Positions 1 to 9,576 of a stretch of 64,000 nt of DNA are shown here, in pieces (the stretch's first letter is position 1; every line of letters begins with the position of its first letter). The DNA is taken from NCBI GenBank assembly GCA_938038445.1, contig CALHRZ010000019.1:40649-104648 (forward strand). The letters are read 5' to 3'. The translations under genes and the position numbers were made by a program. Below the pieces are notes generated by a model. The model was given only the letters and a program-made list of their open reading frames with translations, ran no database searches and was not told where the DNA came from. This stretch comes from an uncultured bacterium. GTDB taxonomy: Bacteria > Verrucomicrobiota > Kiritimatiellia > CAIKKV01.

Positions 1-899
1 CTGCTTCCGCGATTGTTGTCAAACCCGATTTCAAGGGACCTTGCGCCGCAAGGGCTCTCATCCGTGCGCCGGATCCGGATGCCGCCTTTGTGCCCATCGC
101 CGTACTGCTGGCGCCGCCTTCTCCTCCGGCGCCTGCTGCCGGCGTGGATCCGATGGCCCGTGTGGCGGGCGATGCCGTATTTGGAGCGAACGTATCGATC
201 GGACCGTTTGCCGTTGTGGAATCGGGCGTTCGGATTGGGGAGAACACTCGAATTGGGGCTTTTTGTTACTTGGGGTATCGGAGTACGGTCGGTCGTGACA
301 GTTTGCTGTATCCCCATGTATGTATTCGGGAATATTGCACCGTTGGGGATCGTGCGATATTGCATCCGGGCGTGGTGATTGGCAGCGATGGATTCGGCTT
401 TTATCCCGATCGGCAAGGGCACTGGCAGAAAATACCCCAGGTCGGGCGGGTGGAGATTGGCCATGACGTTGAAATCGGTGCCAATACGTGCGTCGATCGC
501 GCGCGTTTCGGCGTGACGCGGATCGAGGATGGCGTCAAACTTGACAATTTGGTTCAAGTGGCCCACAACGTTGTGATTGGCGCTCATACCGTGGTGGCCG
601 GCTGTACGGGGATTGCCGGGAGCGTGGTGATCGGACGGCATGTCCGGATCGGGGGCAAGGTGGGAATCAGGGATCATCTGACGATTGGAGACGGGGCTAC
701 AATTGGAGGCGGTGCGCATCTCTTTCGGGACGTTCCGCCTGGTCAGTTCTATTCCGGCTCGCCAGCCATTCCGCACCAGCAATACATGCGGAAAGAGGTG
801 GAATTGAGCCGGCTTTACGAGTTGAGGGCTCGGATTCGGGAACTGGAGCAAAAGATCAACGCTTTGGAAGAAGGCGGGGAAGGAACAGCCAGGGCATGA
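1..899 (+). CDS. lpxD: UDP-3-O-acylglucosamine N-acyltransferase (LpxD), 5-prime end cut by window edge
   Basis: Frame 3 is open from nt 3 ([29 protein letters not shown]...) into listed ORF 90..899. It carries left-handed beta-helix hexapeptide repeats ([72 protein letters not shown]) and a C-terminal coiled tail, as in LpxD. Confidence 0.85.
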   Translation, partial: ASAIVVKPDFKGPCAARALIRAPDPDAAFVPIAVLLAPPSPPAPAAGVDPMARVAGDAVFGANVSIGPFAVVESGVRIGENTRIGAFCYLGYRSTVGRDSLLYPHVCIREYCTVGDRAILHPGVVIGSDGFGFYPDRQGHWQKIPQVGRVEIGHDVEIGANTCVDRARFGVTRIEDGVKLDNLVQVAHNVVIGAHTVVAGCTGIAGSVVIGRHVRIGGKVGIRDHLTIGDGATIGGGAHLFRDVPPGQFYSGSPAIPHQQYMRKEVELSRLYELRARIRELEQKINALEEGGEGTARA

Positions 900-1867
900 A
901 GATTCTGGTGACGGGAGGCGCCGGTTATATTGGGAGCGTCACAGTGACGCAGTTGTTGAACCGCGGCCACGAGGTGGTGGTTTTTGACAATCTGGAACGG
1001 GGGCATCGGCCTGCGGTGGATAGTCGGGCGGTTCTGTTTGAGGGCGATCTGCGGGACCGGGAGCGGGTGCTCAAAGTTTTTGAAACGGTTAAACCCGATG
1101 CGGTGGTTCATTTCGCCGCCTATGCGTTGGTCGGGGAATCGATGGAGAAGCCGGCTCTTTATTTTCGGAACAATGTGGGGGGCGGCATCCATCTGATTGA
1201 GGGGATGTTGTCCGTCGGGGTGCGCCCGATCGTGTTTTCGTCCACTTGTGCGGTGTATGGCCTTCCGGAACGTGTTCCGATTACGGAGCAGGAAACGTGC
1301 AAGCCGGCCAATCCCTACGGGGAATCAAAGCGGATGTTTGAGAAAATCCTGGAATGGCATGGGCGCCGGGATGGCATTCGCGCGGTTTGCCTTCGGTATT
1401 TCAACGCGGCGGGGGCTTCGGGACGTCGCGGTGAAGATCATGATCCCGAAACTCATTTGATTCCGAATGTGCTTAAAGTGGCGTTGGGGCAAGCGCCGGC
1501 TGTTTCGATTTTCGGGACCGATTATCCGACGCCGGACGGAACCTGTATTCGGGACTTCATTCACATTGACGATTTGGCCCTAGCCCATGTGCTGGCGTTA
1601 GAAAAGAAAGTTTCCGGTGCGTTTAATCTTGGAAACGGCAGCGGATATTCTGTCCGTCAGGTCATCGAGGCGGCCCGCACGGTGACCGGTCATCCGATTC
1701 CGACAAAGGTGGCGTCCCGCCGTCCGGGAGATCCGCCGGTGCTTGTGGCGGATGCGGGGCGGGCGAAAAGGGAACTGGGATGGGAGCCTCAGATACCGGA
1801 CTTGACCGACATTATTCGGAGCGCGTGGGAATGGGCGCGGCAGCATCCCAAGGGGTATGGAGAGTAA
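896..1867 (+). CDS. galE: UDP-glucose 4-epimerase
   Basis: [14 protein letters not shown] Rossmann motif and YGESK (YxxxK) catalytic motif. At 323 aa it is full-length for GalE. ATGA overlap with the lpxD stop. Confidence 0.93.
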   Translation: MKILVTGGAGYIGSVTVTQLLNRGHEVVVFDNLERGHRPAVDSRAVLFEGDLRDRERVLKVFETVKPDAVVHFAAYALVGESMEKPALYFRNNVGGGIHLIEGMLSVGVRPIVFSSTCAVYGLPERVPITEQETCKPANPYGESKRMFEKILEWHGRRDGIRAVCLRYFNAAGASGRRGEDHDPETHLIPNVLKVALGQAPAVSIFGTDYPTPDGTCIRDFIHIDDLALAHVLALEKKVSGAFNLGNGSGYSVRQVIEAARTVTGHPIPTKVASRRPGDPPVLVADAGRAKRELGWEPQIPDLTDIIRSAWEWARQHPKGYGE

Positions 1868-2355
1868 ATCGGCCGGTCCTGCGGGGTTTGGCGAGACGAC
1901 TACAGGGCGCCGGCTTCATGCTGGCGACGGCCGAATCGTGCACCGGCGGGATGTTAAGTGCCCGTCTGACGGCGCTTCAGGGCGCCTCTGCCTGGTACAA
2001 GGGGGGTGTTATTGTCTATTCGAATGAACTGAAAATCCGACTTCTGGAGGTTTCGAAGCATCTGCTGGAGCGCCATGGTGCGGTGAGCCGGCAGACCGCC
2101 CGGGCGATGGCGGACGGCGTGCGTCGCCGATGTGGCGCGGAGGTGGGGGTGGCGATTACGGGCATAGCGGGTCCGACGGGGGCGGTGCCGGGAAAACCGG
2201 TCGGAACCGTATGGATTGCCGTGCGGGATCCGAAGGGGGGAATTGTTCGGTGTTTTCGTTTTTCGGGTTCGAGGGAGAACGTTCGGCGGGCCGCCTGCCG
2301 AGCTGCGATTGCCATGCTCGACGCGCGGGGGGTCTTCTGGCATAATTGGCGCTGA
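1831..2355 (+). CDS. pncC: CinA C-terminal domain / nicotinamide-nucleotide amidohydrolase PncC
   Basis: LATAESCTGGMLSARLT and GVAITGIAGPTG motifs of the CinA/PncC domain. It lies immediately upstream of recA, as in cinA-recA operons. Start uncertain: ATG 1831 overlaps galE; ATG 1918 is the alternative. Confidence 0.8.
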   Translation: MGAAASQGVWRVNRPVLRGLARRLQGAGFMLATAESCTGGMLSARLTALQGASAWYKGGVIVYSNELKIRLLEVSKHLLERHGAVSRQTARAMADGVRRRCGAEVGVAITGIAGPTGAVPGKPVGTVWIAVRDPKGGIVRCFRFSGSRENVRRAACRAAIAMLDARGVFWHNWR

Positions 2356-2391
2356 AACGGTTCCGGCGGGTCGTTCCCAACACGACAAGGA

Positions 2392-3456
2392 ATGATGACC
2401 ATGGTGAAAACAACGAAAACGGAAAGTAAAAGCAGCAATCCCGCCTTGGATGCGGTGATCGCTTCGATTCAAAAGGAGTTCGGGGAAGGCTCCATCATGA
2501 AGATGGGAGAGGCCTCGAAGGCGGCGAACATCCCGGTCATTTCAACGGGCGCATTTTCTCTGGATATGGCGCTTGGAGTAGGCGGACTTCCACGCGGGAG
2601 GGTTGTCGAAATTTTCGGGCCGGAGTCTTCGGGGAAAACCACCGTTGCCTTGCATGTGATTGCCAATGCGCAGAAGGAAGGCGGGGTGGCGGCATTTATC
2701 GACACCGAGCATGCGCTGGACCCGGCCTATGCCGCACGAATCGGCGTCAATTTGGACGATCTTTTGGTTTCTCAGCCGGCATCGGGCGAAGAAGCCTTGG
2801 CCATTACCGACAAACTGGTCCAGAGCCGTGCCTTGGACGTGATCGTGGTGGATTCAGTGGCGGCGCTTGCGCCGCGGGCCGAGTTGGACGGTGAAATGGG
2901 CGATTCGCACGTCGGGCTTCAGGCGAGGCTCATGTCGCAAGCCTTGCGTAAGTTGACGGCCGGCATTTCGCAATCGAAGACGCTGTGCTTGTTCACCAAT
3001 CAGATTCGGGAAAAGATCGGGGTGATGTTTGGGAATCCCGAAACGACGCCGGGAGGGCGGGCGCTGAAGTTCTACGCTTCCGTGCGTTTGGACATTCGAC
3101 GGATTTCGTCGCTCAAGGACAGTTCCGGCCGAGTGATCGGGAATCGGACACGGGTCAAAGTGGTGAAGAACAAGGTGGCCCCGCCTTTTACCGAGGCGGA
3201 ATTCGACATCCTTTTTTCGAAGGGAATTTCCTGGGCCGGCTCGATTCTGGACGCCGCGATGCTTCACGGATTGGTGGACAAACGCGGGTCATGGCTTTCC
3301 TTCGAGGGCACGCAGATTGGGCAGGGGCGGGACGCGGCGATCGAGTTTCTGGAGAAAGACGAAATGATGCAGCGCCGGCTCATGGAACGCGTGCGGGAAA
3401 AAGCGTCACACACGCCTGCGGTTATTGTGTCGGCGGCTGCGGCTGAAGAGGCGTGA
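2392..3456 (+). CDS. recA: recombinase RecA
   Basis: Walker [39 protein letters not shown] and [22 protein letters not shown], collinear with RecA over 354 aa. Confidence 0.98.
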   Translation: MMTMVKTTKTESKSSNPALDAVIASIQKEFGEGSIMKMGEASKAANIPVISTGAFSLDMALGVGGLPRGRVVEIFGPESSGKTTVALHVIANAQKEGGVAAFIDTEHALDPAYAARIGVNLDDLLVSQPASGEEALAITDKLVQSRALDVIVVDSVAALAPRAELDGEMGDSHVGLQARLMSQALRKLTAGISQSKTLCLFTNQIREKIGVMFGNPETTPGGRALKFYASVRLDIRRISSLKDSSGRVIGNRTRVKVVKNKVAPPFTEAEFDILFSKGISWAGSILDAAMLHGLVDKRGSWLSFEGTQIGQGRDAAIEFLEKDEMMQRRLMERVREKASHTPAVIVSAAAAEEA

Positions 3457-3476
3457 GGGCGATTGGGGGAACGAGA

Positions 3477-5306
3477 ATGGAACGTTCATGGACGGCCGAC
3501 CGGTTGCGGGAGGCGTATCTTTCTTTTTTTGCGAGCAAGGGGCACGTGGTAATTTCCGGGGCGTCGCTGATTCCCGAAAACGATCCGACGGTCCTTTTTA
3601 CCACGGCCGGCATGCATCCGCTGGTGCCCTATTTGTTAGGCGAACCCCATCCTGCCGGGAAACGGCTGACGAACGTGCAGAAGTGCGTTCGGACGGGGGA
3701 TATTGAATCGGTGGGTGATACCGCGCATCTGACTTTTTTCGAGATGCTCGGCAATTGGTCGCTTGGCGATTACTTCAAGCAGGAGGCGATCGAGTGGTCG
3801 TATGAGTTTTTGACTTCCTCGCGCTATCTCGGTTTATCGCCCGACCAGCTTCATGTGACCGTGTTTGCGGGGGAGCCGGGCATACCGTGCGATGCGGAAG
3901 CGGCGCGCATCTGGCGGAGTCTGGGCATTCCGGATGATCGGATCTACTGGCTTCCGCGGGAGGATAATTGGTGGGGACCGGCGGGCCAGACAGGCCCTTG
4001 CGGACCGGACACGGAGATGTTCATTGACACGGGCAAAACGGCTTGTTCGCCCCGATGCGGACCGGGCTGCCATTGCGGGAAGTTCGTCGAAATCTGGAAC
4101 GACGTTTTCATGCAGTATAACAAGACATTGGACGGCGCCTATGAGCCGCTTCGGCAGCACAATGTGGATACGGGGATGGGCGTTGAACGGACGCTCGCGA
4201 TGTTGCAGGGGGTTTCGTCGGTTTTTGAGACGGAACTGTTTAAGCCCCTTATGGACCGGATCCGTGAACTGACGACGGCTGTTCCGGCGGATCCGAATCA
4301 GGCGGAGCGGGCGGCGCGCATCATTGCCGATCACATGCGGAGCGCCGTGTTTATTTTGGGCGATCCCAAGGGGGCGGTCAAACCGGGGAACGTGGGTGCC
4401 AACTATGTGTTGCGCCGCCTGATCCGACGGGCAGTACGGTATGCCCGCATGTTGGGGTTTCCTTTCGGGTTCGGGTTGAAGCTGGTGGAGGTGATTCTTC
4501 CGATCTACCGGAAGCCGTACCCGGAGTTGGAGGAGAACCGTGTACGAATCGTGGAAGAATTGAATGCGGAGGAGGAGCGTTTCGAAAAGACGCTTGCCGA
4601 GGGGCAAAAAGAGCTGTCGAAGTTGCTCGCGACGCTGCAGGCGCATCAGCAGACGGTGTTGCCGGGGCGGAAAGCCTTTCAAATGTACGATACGTACGGA
4701 TTTCCGCTCGAATTTACGGAGGAGATTTGCGCGGAGCAGGGTATTCGAGTGGATCGGGCGGGATTTGAGGAAGCCTTTCGAAAACACCAGGAAATTTCCA
4801 AACAGGGCGGGCAATCTTTCAAAGGCGGTCTTGCCGATCATTCGGAAGCGGTTACCCGTCTTCACACCGCCACCCATCTGCTTCACAAGGCCCTTCAGAT
4901 TGTACTGGGGTCCCACGTTCAGCAAAAGGGTTCCAACATCACCCCGGAGCGGCTTCGGTTCGATTTTTCGCATCCGGAAAAGTTGACGCCCGAACAGCTT
5001 GCCGCGGTGGAGCAAATTGTCAACGACGCGATTAAGCGGGACCTTCCCGTCCGTTGCGAGACCATGACCTTGGAGGAGGCAAAGGCACGGGGGGCGACGG
5101 CCCTCTTCAATGCCAAATACGGGGAACAGGTCAAGGTGTATAGCGTGGGCGATTTCAGTGCCGAAGTGTGCGGCGGACCTCATGCCGGCCGGACGGGGGA
5201 ATTAGGTCGTTTTCGGATCATGAAAGAGGAGTCCTCCAGTGCGGGCGTGCGGCGGATTCGGGCGGTTCTTGAGCCCTCGGACGATCGGACTCTTACCGAA
5301 CGCTGA
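3477..5306 (+). CDS. alaS: alanine--tRNA ligase, short form without a C-Ala domain
   Basis: FTTAGMHP, QKCVRTGDIESVGDTAHLTFFEMLGNWSLGDYFK and EIWNDVFMQ mark the catalytic core. HTATHLLH and CGGPH mark the editing-domain zinc site. The protein ends about 25 aa after the editing domain. I prefer ATG 3477 with GGGGGA 6 nt upstream; the listed ORF starts at GTG 3453, which overlaps the recA stop. Confidence 0.93.
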   Translation: MERSWTADRLREAYLSFFASKGHVVISGASLIPENDPTVLFTTAGMHPLVPYLLGEPHPAGKRLTNVQKCVRTGDIESVGDTAHLTFFEMLGNWSLGDYFKQEAIEWSYEFLTSSRYLGLSPDQLHVTVFAGEPGIPCDAEAARIWRSLGIPDDRIYWLPREDNWWGPAGQTGPCGPDTEMFIDTGKTACSPRCGPGCHCGKFVEIWNDVFMQYNKTLDGAYEPLRQHNVDTGMGVERTLAMLQGVSSVFETELFKPLMDRIRELTTAVPADPNQAERAARIIADHMRSAVFILGDPKGAVKPGNVGANYVLRRLIRRAVRYARMLGFPFGFGLKLVEVILPIYRKPYPELEENRVRIVEELNAEEERFEKTLAEGQKELSKLLATLQAHQQTVLPGRKAFQMYDTYGFPLEFTEEICAEQGIRVDRAGFEEAFRKHQEISKQGGQSFKGGLADHSEAVTRLHTATHLLHKALQIVLGSHVQQKGSNITPERLRFDFSHPEKLTPEQLAAVEQIVNDAIKRDLPVRCETMTLEEAKARGATALFNAKYGEQVKVYSVGDFSAEVCGGPHAGRTGELGRFRIMKEESSSAGVRRIRAVLEPSDDRTLTER

Positions 5307-5309
5307 CTT

Positions 5310-5618
5310 ATGGAAGAGAACAGGAACAAGCCATCGCGGCCTAAAATCTTTTCAGAGGAGGACATTCCGAAACGGCCACGTTTGTTTGATGATTCGGATC
5401 GTAGCGAGCGGCCTTCGCTGTTTGGGGAAGAGGACCGAAGTTCAACGCCGAAGATCTTTGATGCCTCGGAAAAGGGACGACTTTGCCGTTATTGTCGCCA
5501 TTACGTGGTCAACCCGTTTGTTCAGCGCTGCATGCTTCATCGAAAAATGGTCGAAGCGACCGACACCTGTGAACAGTTTCAAGCGGTGGTGCCTTTGGGA
5601 GAGCAGACGTCTTCCTGA
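5310..5618 (+). CDS. hypothetical small protein: four acidic P-x-[IL]-F repeats plus a Cys/His-rich C-terminal module
   Basis: ORF begins 4 nt after the alaS stop. It has four 12-aa repeats (RPKIFSEEDIPK / RPRLFDDSDRSE / RPSLFGEEDRSS / TPKIFDASEKG) encoded by 36-nt units, then CRYCRHYVVNPFVQRCMLHRKMVEATDTCEQF. Confidence 0.55.
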   Translation: MEENRNKPSRPKIFSEEDIPKRPRLFDDSDRSERPSLFGEEDRSSTPKIFDASEKGRLCRYCRHYVVNPFVQRCMLHRKMVEATDTCEQFQAVVPLGEQTSS

Positions 5619-5621
5619 ACA

Positions 5622-8006
5622 TCAGGGGATGCGGATGCGATAGAAGATGCGCGGTGGGGAATTGGTGTCCCACCATTCATTCCAGCCGCTGGCGCTGCGG
5701 GGGATATTCGAGACGACCGGGACCCAGTTTTCGTCGAGTGCGAAGGCGCGTTCGACGGTAAAAGGAGAAAAAACGCCCGAATTGGTCGTTGCATACCAGA
5801 GCAGGTAGTTGGAACCGGGGTGTGGGGTGAAATCAGTGATGCGAAATACCGACCGGCCGTCGAGGGGGTCCGTGCCGGCGAAATATTCCTGCCAGGTGGC
5901 CTGACCGTCTTCGTCCGGATCCTCCTGTTCGGCGCGATTGTAATCATTGGTATAACCGATCGTTGCGATCAGCCATGGGACGGGCACCCCGTGGAGCGTA
6001 CTGGAGGGCGCGACGGTCAACGAGAGGATTCCGTACTCGCTGTCGTTCCATCCGTCGGTTGCATCATACGCGAGGGCAACGGTTCCGGTGAAGTTGGGGG
6101 GCGGCATCCAGACCCAGTGAGGGGGTTTTCCGGTGATGGTACCCCAATCGGGCCAGTCATGAAGCGCGAAGGCGATCGGATCGCCATCGGGGTCATGGCC
6201 TGCGCCCGAAAAGGGGAGTGGCTGACCCATGAGCGCCACGAAGGTTCGATTGGAAACGACGGGAGGGCGATTGATGGAACCATCCGGTTCGATCCGTATT
6301 CGGGAGGCGAGGCTGAGGTTGGTAAAAGTACCGCTTCGGACGGTTTCGCGTCGGGCAGCACGAACAGCGTAGCAGACCGCTGTGTCTCCGAACCAATGTT
6401 CTGAGAAGGAGTTGGAGATCCAGAGTCCGCTGTGTAGATTGGAAAACGCCGTTTCATTCGTTGCGGCGCGTTGGACGATGTAGCCTGTGGTCTGGCCTGG
6501 TGCGGGATCGGTCCACGTGAGGGTAATCACGTCGTTGGACAGGAAAGCGGTCAGTGCTACAGGTGCGGGAGAATACCAGAGACGCAGGGTGGGATCACCC
6601 AGGAGTGCGGCGTGGGGGCCGGAACTATACACTTGGTCTTCGTAATTGGAGTAAGCGGGGCGGTGAAGCATCAAAAAGGCGGAGCCGATCGGTTCGCCGA
6701 GGTCCATGACATGGGTGAACCATTTAGGGCGGCCGGCCCAGACACAGGTCAAGGCATCGGGCATGGAGGCGATGGCGGCTCGGAGGAGATTGTTCGTCAC
6801 GTCCCAATCGCCGAAATAGCTGCCGAGAAGCATGGTGAAGACGGTCCGAACTGCGCCGGTCGCGAAATCGTTGACGTTCGCCACGCCGGAACAGTTGGTG
6901 AAGGAACCTGCGCCGCAGCCGTAAGCGGCCATCCAGCGGTTGGTTCGTAAATCGGAAAACCAGGGGCCTGATTGCACTTGATCGGGGCCGAAGAAAAGGC
7001 CGTAATCCCGAAAACCGACCTGGGCGAACGCCTCGGGCATCGTGGGGAAATTGTTGCGAACTTTTCCTTGCAAGGGGAGGGTGTTGGACTGTTTTCGGAA
7101 GCGGCGTGATTTTGCGAGATATTGCCGAAGGAGTTCGGTTTCCGACTGAACGAAGGCGGGAAGGGAAGCGAAATCCACGCGACCCACCATCAGTTCGGCG
7201 TCGTATTCTGCGAACCACGTCACATCGAACTTGCCGTCGCCCGGTTGATTGTACAGACGGGCTCCGCTATTCGAGGGAGACGTAAGCTGATCGGGCCAGA
7301 CGCCATCCATGTCGCCATAAAAAGCATCCGCCGGCCAGGCGCCACGATGGTTATTTGTGTGCCCATCCGGGCAGGAGTCGCCCGAATAGGGGACGGGAAC
7401 ATGGCCGAGAAGGAAAACGGCGCGGCAGAGGGAGGTGTTTTCAAGCCAGACGTTCCGGATGGATTCCTTCACATTAGAGACGGCCGATGCCCAGCCGGGT
7501 TGGTTCCATTCGGTGCGGGGGGCGGTTTGAAAGGCGACGCGCCAGCCGTCGCTCATCAAGTCGGTTCGAAGCCTCTGGATTTCCACCGGCATTGTGGAGA
7601 GCAGGTTGCTTTCCACAACGAGGACCAATGTTCCACGGTCAGAAACCAAGGGTCGCTCATGACCAGCCAGAAGGAACCCCCATCCATTGGTAGCCGTGTC
7701 GAGGCGGGTGACTTTGTATTCATAGACTTGACCGGGCATGGCATTCGTATCGGTGAAAGAAGAAGCGGTCGGATTGGTGAAAACGGCCAGGGTGTTCCAC
7801 CCATTTTCGAGCCAGTTTTTTCGTTGGACGATCCAATTTGTGGGTTGCCCGTTGAGAGACCAGTTGATCCGAAGTCCCGCCGGGTCGTTTGTCCATTCAG
7901 CAGAGAGATGGATCACCCGATGAAGGGCCGGATCGTCTGCCAGGGCGACAGAGGACGATACAACCGACATCAAGAGGCATACGATGTACGGAGAAGCGGC
8001 TCTCAT
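5622..8006 (-). CDS. secreted multidomain protein (FN3 / Ig-like repeats, central gingipain-C25-like region, DPDEDG...TDPLD tail)
   Basis: ATG at 8006 gives the signal peptide MRAASPYIVCLLMSVVSSSVALA. FN3-like segments include ITLTWTDPAPGQTTGYIVQRA. The central part shows LLGHVPVPYSG...PDGH...FYGDMDG...MVGRVDF. The upstream 49 codons of the listed ORF are AT-rich and non-protein-like. Confidence 0.72.
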   Translation of the reverse strand: MRAASPYIVCLLMSVVSSSVALADDPALHRVIHLSAEWTNDPAGLRINWSLNGQPTNWIVQRKNWLENGWNTLAVFTNPTASSFTDTNAMPGQVYEYKVTRLDTATNGWGFLLAGHERPLVSDRGTLVLVVESNLLSTMPVEIQRLRTDLMSDGWRVAFQTAPRTEWNQPGWASAVSNVKESIRNVWLENTSLCRAVFLLGHVPVPYSGDSCPDGHTNNHRGAWPADAFYGDMDGVWPDQLTSPSNSGARLYNQPGDGKFDVTWFAEYDAELMVGRVDFASLPAFVQSETELLRQYLAKSRRFRKQSNTLPLQGKVRNNFPTMPEAFAQVGFRDYGLFFGPDQVQSGPWFSDLRTNRWMAAYGCGAGSFTNCSGVANVNDFATGAVRTVFTMLLGSYFGDWDVTNNLLRAAIASMPDALTCVWAGRPKWFTHVMDLGEPIGSAFLMLHRPAYSNYEDQVYSSGPHAALLGDPTLRLWYSPAPVALTAFLSNDVITLTWTDPAPGQTTGYIVQRAATNETAFSNLHSGLWISNSFSEHWFGDTAVCYAVRAARRETVRSGTFTNLSLASRIRIEPDGSINRPPVVSNRTFVALMGQPLPFSGAGHDPDGDPIAFALHDWPDWGTITGKPPHWVWMPPPNFTGTVALAYDATDGWNDSEYGILSLTVAPSSTLHGVPVPWLIATIGYTNDYNRAEQEDPDEDGQATWQEYFAGTDPLDGRSVFRITDFTPHPGSNYLLWYATTNSGVFSPFTVERAFALDENWVPVVSNIPRSASGWNEWWDTNSPPRIFYRIRIP

Positions 8007-8199
8007 GACACTTGAGTTATTTATGATGATTATAAAACAGTTGAGATTATGGGAAAAGGCTAGAAACTGCGGGTAAGAGACAAAGGCGGAATGAAGGGTT
8101 GGAAACGCGCGGGAATGGCGAGGAGAGGAAAGCGGACAAGGCTTGTTTTTCAAGCGGTGGGGTTTTAGGATAACAAGTTTTCATAGGAGACTGGACTTT

Positions 8200-9087
8200 A
8201 TGGATTGCCTTGGGGTAGGGGCCGGCATGCTGGCTGCTTTTTTCCAGGCACTTTCCTATCCGGCCTCTCGTTGGTTTATTCATTTACCGATGGGTTCATC
8301 GAGGCGGTTGCTTGCCATTTCCCATGTTTGGATGGGGATTGGGGCATTGGGTCTTGGGCTGTTTTTGGGTGTTGGCGGTTTCCGCGGTATCGGGTCCTAT
8401 GGTTGGGCGGCGTGTGGAGCGACGGGTTTTTATCTTGTGGGTCAGATGGGTCTTTTTATGGCCTTACGGAGGGCGGAATCTTCGGATATTGTGCCGCTTT
8501 TGGGGATGAAAGTAATTCTTTTGGCTTTGATCAGTGTTGTGTTTGCCGGCCAACGGTTGACGGGTTGGCAGTGGGTATCTGTGGTGTTGAGCGTGGGAGC
8601 GGTATTTTTGTTATGGGAACGACGCGGACGGATACCGGCTTTGGCATGGGCGGGAGTGGGATGGGCGGTGCTCGGCTATTCTCTTTCCGATCTCAGCATC
8701 AAAGCGTTGGTTCAACGGTTGTCGGTTTATGGTCCAAAGGCACCCTTAGCAGGGGTTACCGTGTCGTATCTTTTGGGGGCGGTAATGGCTCCGTTGTGGT
8801 TGGATCGCGAATCGCTTCGATACGGCAAACTATGGGCAGCGGGGTTGCCTTTTTCCGTGCTGTGGTTTTTGGGGATGATTTTTCTTTATATAACCTTTGA
8901 CCGCGTCGGGGTCGTGCTGGGGAACATTCTTCAATCCACTCGTGGCGTGATGGCCGTTGGGCTTGGGGTGTTGCTGGCCCGGGCGGGGTTTGAAGCGGTG
9001 GAAAGCCGGCAATCGATGTCTGTCACCGTTCGGCGGTGGGCCGCCGCGCTTGCGATGACCACGGCGATTGTTTTGTATTTTGTTTAG
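8200..9087 (+). CDS. polytopic membrane protein, DMT/EamA-like transporter (tentative)
   Basis: About 10 hydrophobic segments in 295 aa. ATG 8200 is preceded by AGGAGA 9 nt upstream. The family assignment rests only on size and topology. Confidence 0.55.
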   Translation: MDCLGVGAGMLAAFFQALSYPASRWFIHLPMGSSRRLLAISHVWMGIGALGLGLFLGVGGFRGIGSYGWAACGATGFYLVGQMGLFMALRRAESSDIVPLLGMKVILLALISVVFAGQRLTGWQWVSVVLSVGAVFLLWERRGRIPALAWAGVGWAVLGYSLSDLSIKALVQRLSVYGPKAPLAGVTVSYLLGAVMAPLWLDRESLRYGKLWAAGLPFSVLWFLGMIFLYITFDRVGVVLGNILQSTRGVMAVGLGVLLARAGFEAVESRQSMSVTVRRWAAALAMTTAIVLYFV

Positions 9088-9104
9088 AGGGCGAAGGGGT
9101 CGCG

Positions 9105-9560
9105 TCAGATTTTGACGGCCTGATAGATGAAGGCGAGCACAAACAGGGCGACGGTTTCGATGACACCGAGCGCCATGAAGTAGTTGGCGGCGCCCTGTCC
9201 GGTTTCGGCGAGAGCGTCAGCGGCTGCGGCGCCGGCGCGGCCTTGCAGCCAGGCCGAAGCGCCCATGGCGATCCCGCCGAAGAGGCCGGCGCCGAGAAGG
9301 CCGGCCCAAAACGCCCCCGCGGCGGAAGCGTTAAGGATGAACAGCATCACGATGAAGCCGTAAATGGTCTGGGAGAGAGGAGCTCCGATGAACGCGACGA
9401 GCATAAACGGAGCCAACTTATTCTGGGCATAACATTTTTTCCAGGAGCCGATGGCCGCGAGTGCGGCGGTTCCACTCCCGAGCGCCGAACCGAGCGCGGA
9501 GAGGCCGAGCACTGCAGTGGCACCGATTTTACCGATTGAGACGATTTCCTCTGGGGTCAT
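9105..9560 (-). CDS. ntpK: V-type ATPase subunit K (16-kDa, 4-TM proteolipid)
   Basis: 151 aa with four TM helices. GAPLSQTIYGF, AWLQGRAGAAA and LGVIETVALF align with the ion-site segments of Enterococcus hirae NtpK. Confidence 0.9.
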   Translation of the reverse strand: MTPEEIVSIGKIGATAVLGLSALGSALGSGTAALAAIGSWKKCYAQNKLAPFMLVAFIGAPLSQTIYGFIVMLFILNASAAGAFWAGLLGAGLFGGIAMGASAWLQGRAGAAAADALAETGQGAANYFMALGVIETVALFVLAFIYQAVKI

Positions 9561-9576
9561 GGGGTATTCCTTTCCT

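Noticed and set aside
3834-5183. 449-aa ORF on the minus strand, antisense to alaS
   Set aside because: It lies entirely inside a gene with unmistakable AlaRS motifs on the opposite strand. Its product is Arg/Pro/Leu/Gly-rich with no motifs, the typical stop-poor antisense frame of GC-rich DNA.
8007-8199. AT-rich patch (GTTATTTATGATGATTATAAAACAG) between the divergent secreted-protein and DMT-like genes
   Set aside because: It probably reflects shared promoter/UP-element DNA of two divergent genes. No repeat, ORF or RNA structure is evident.
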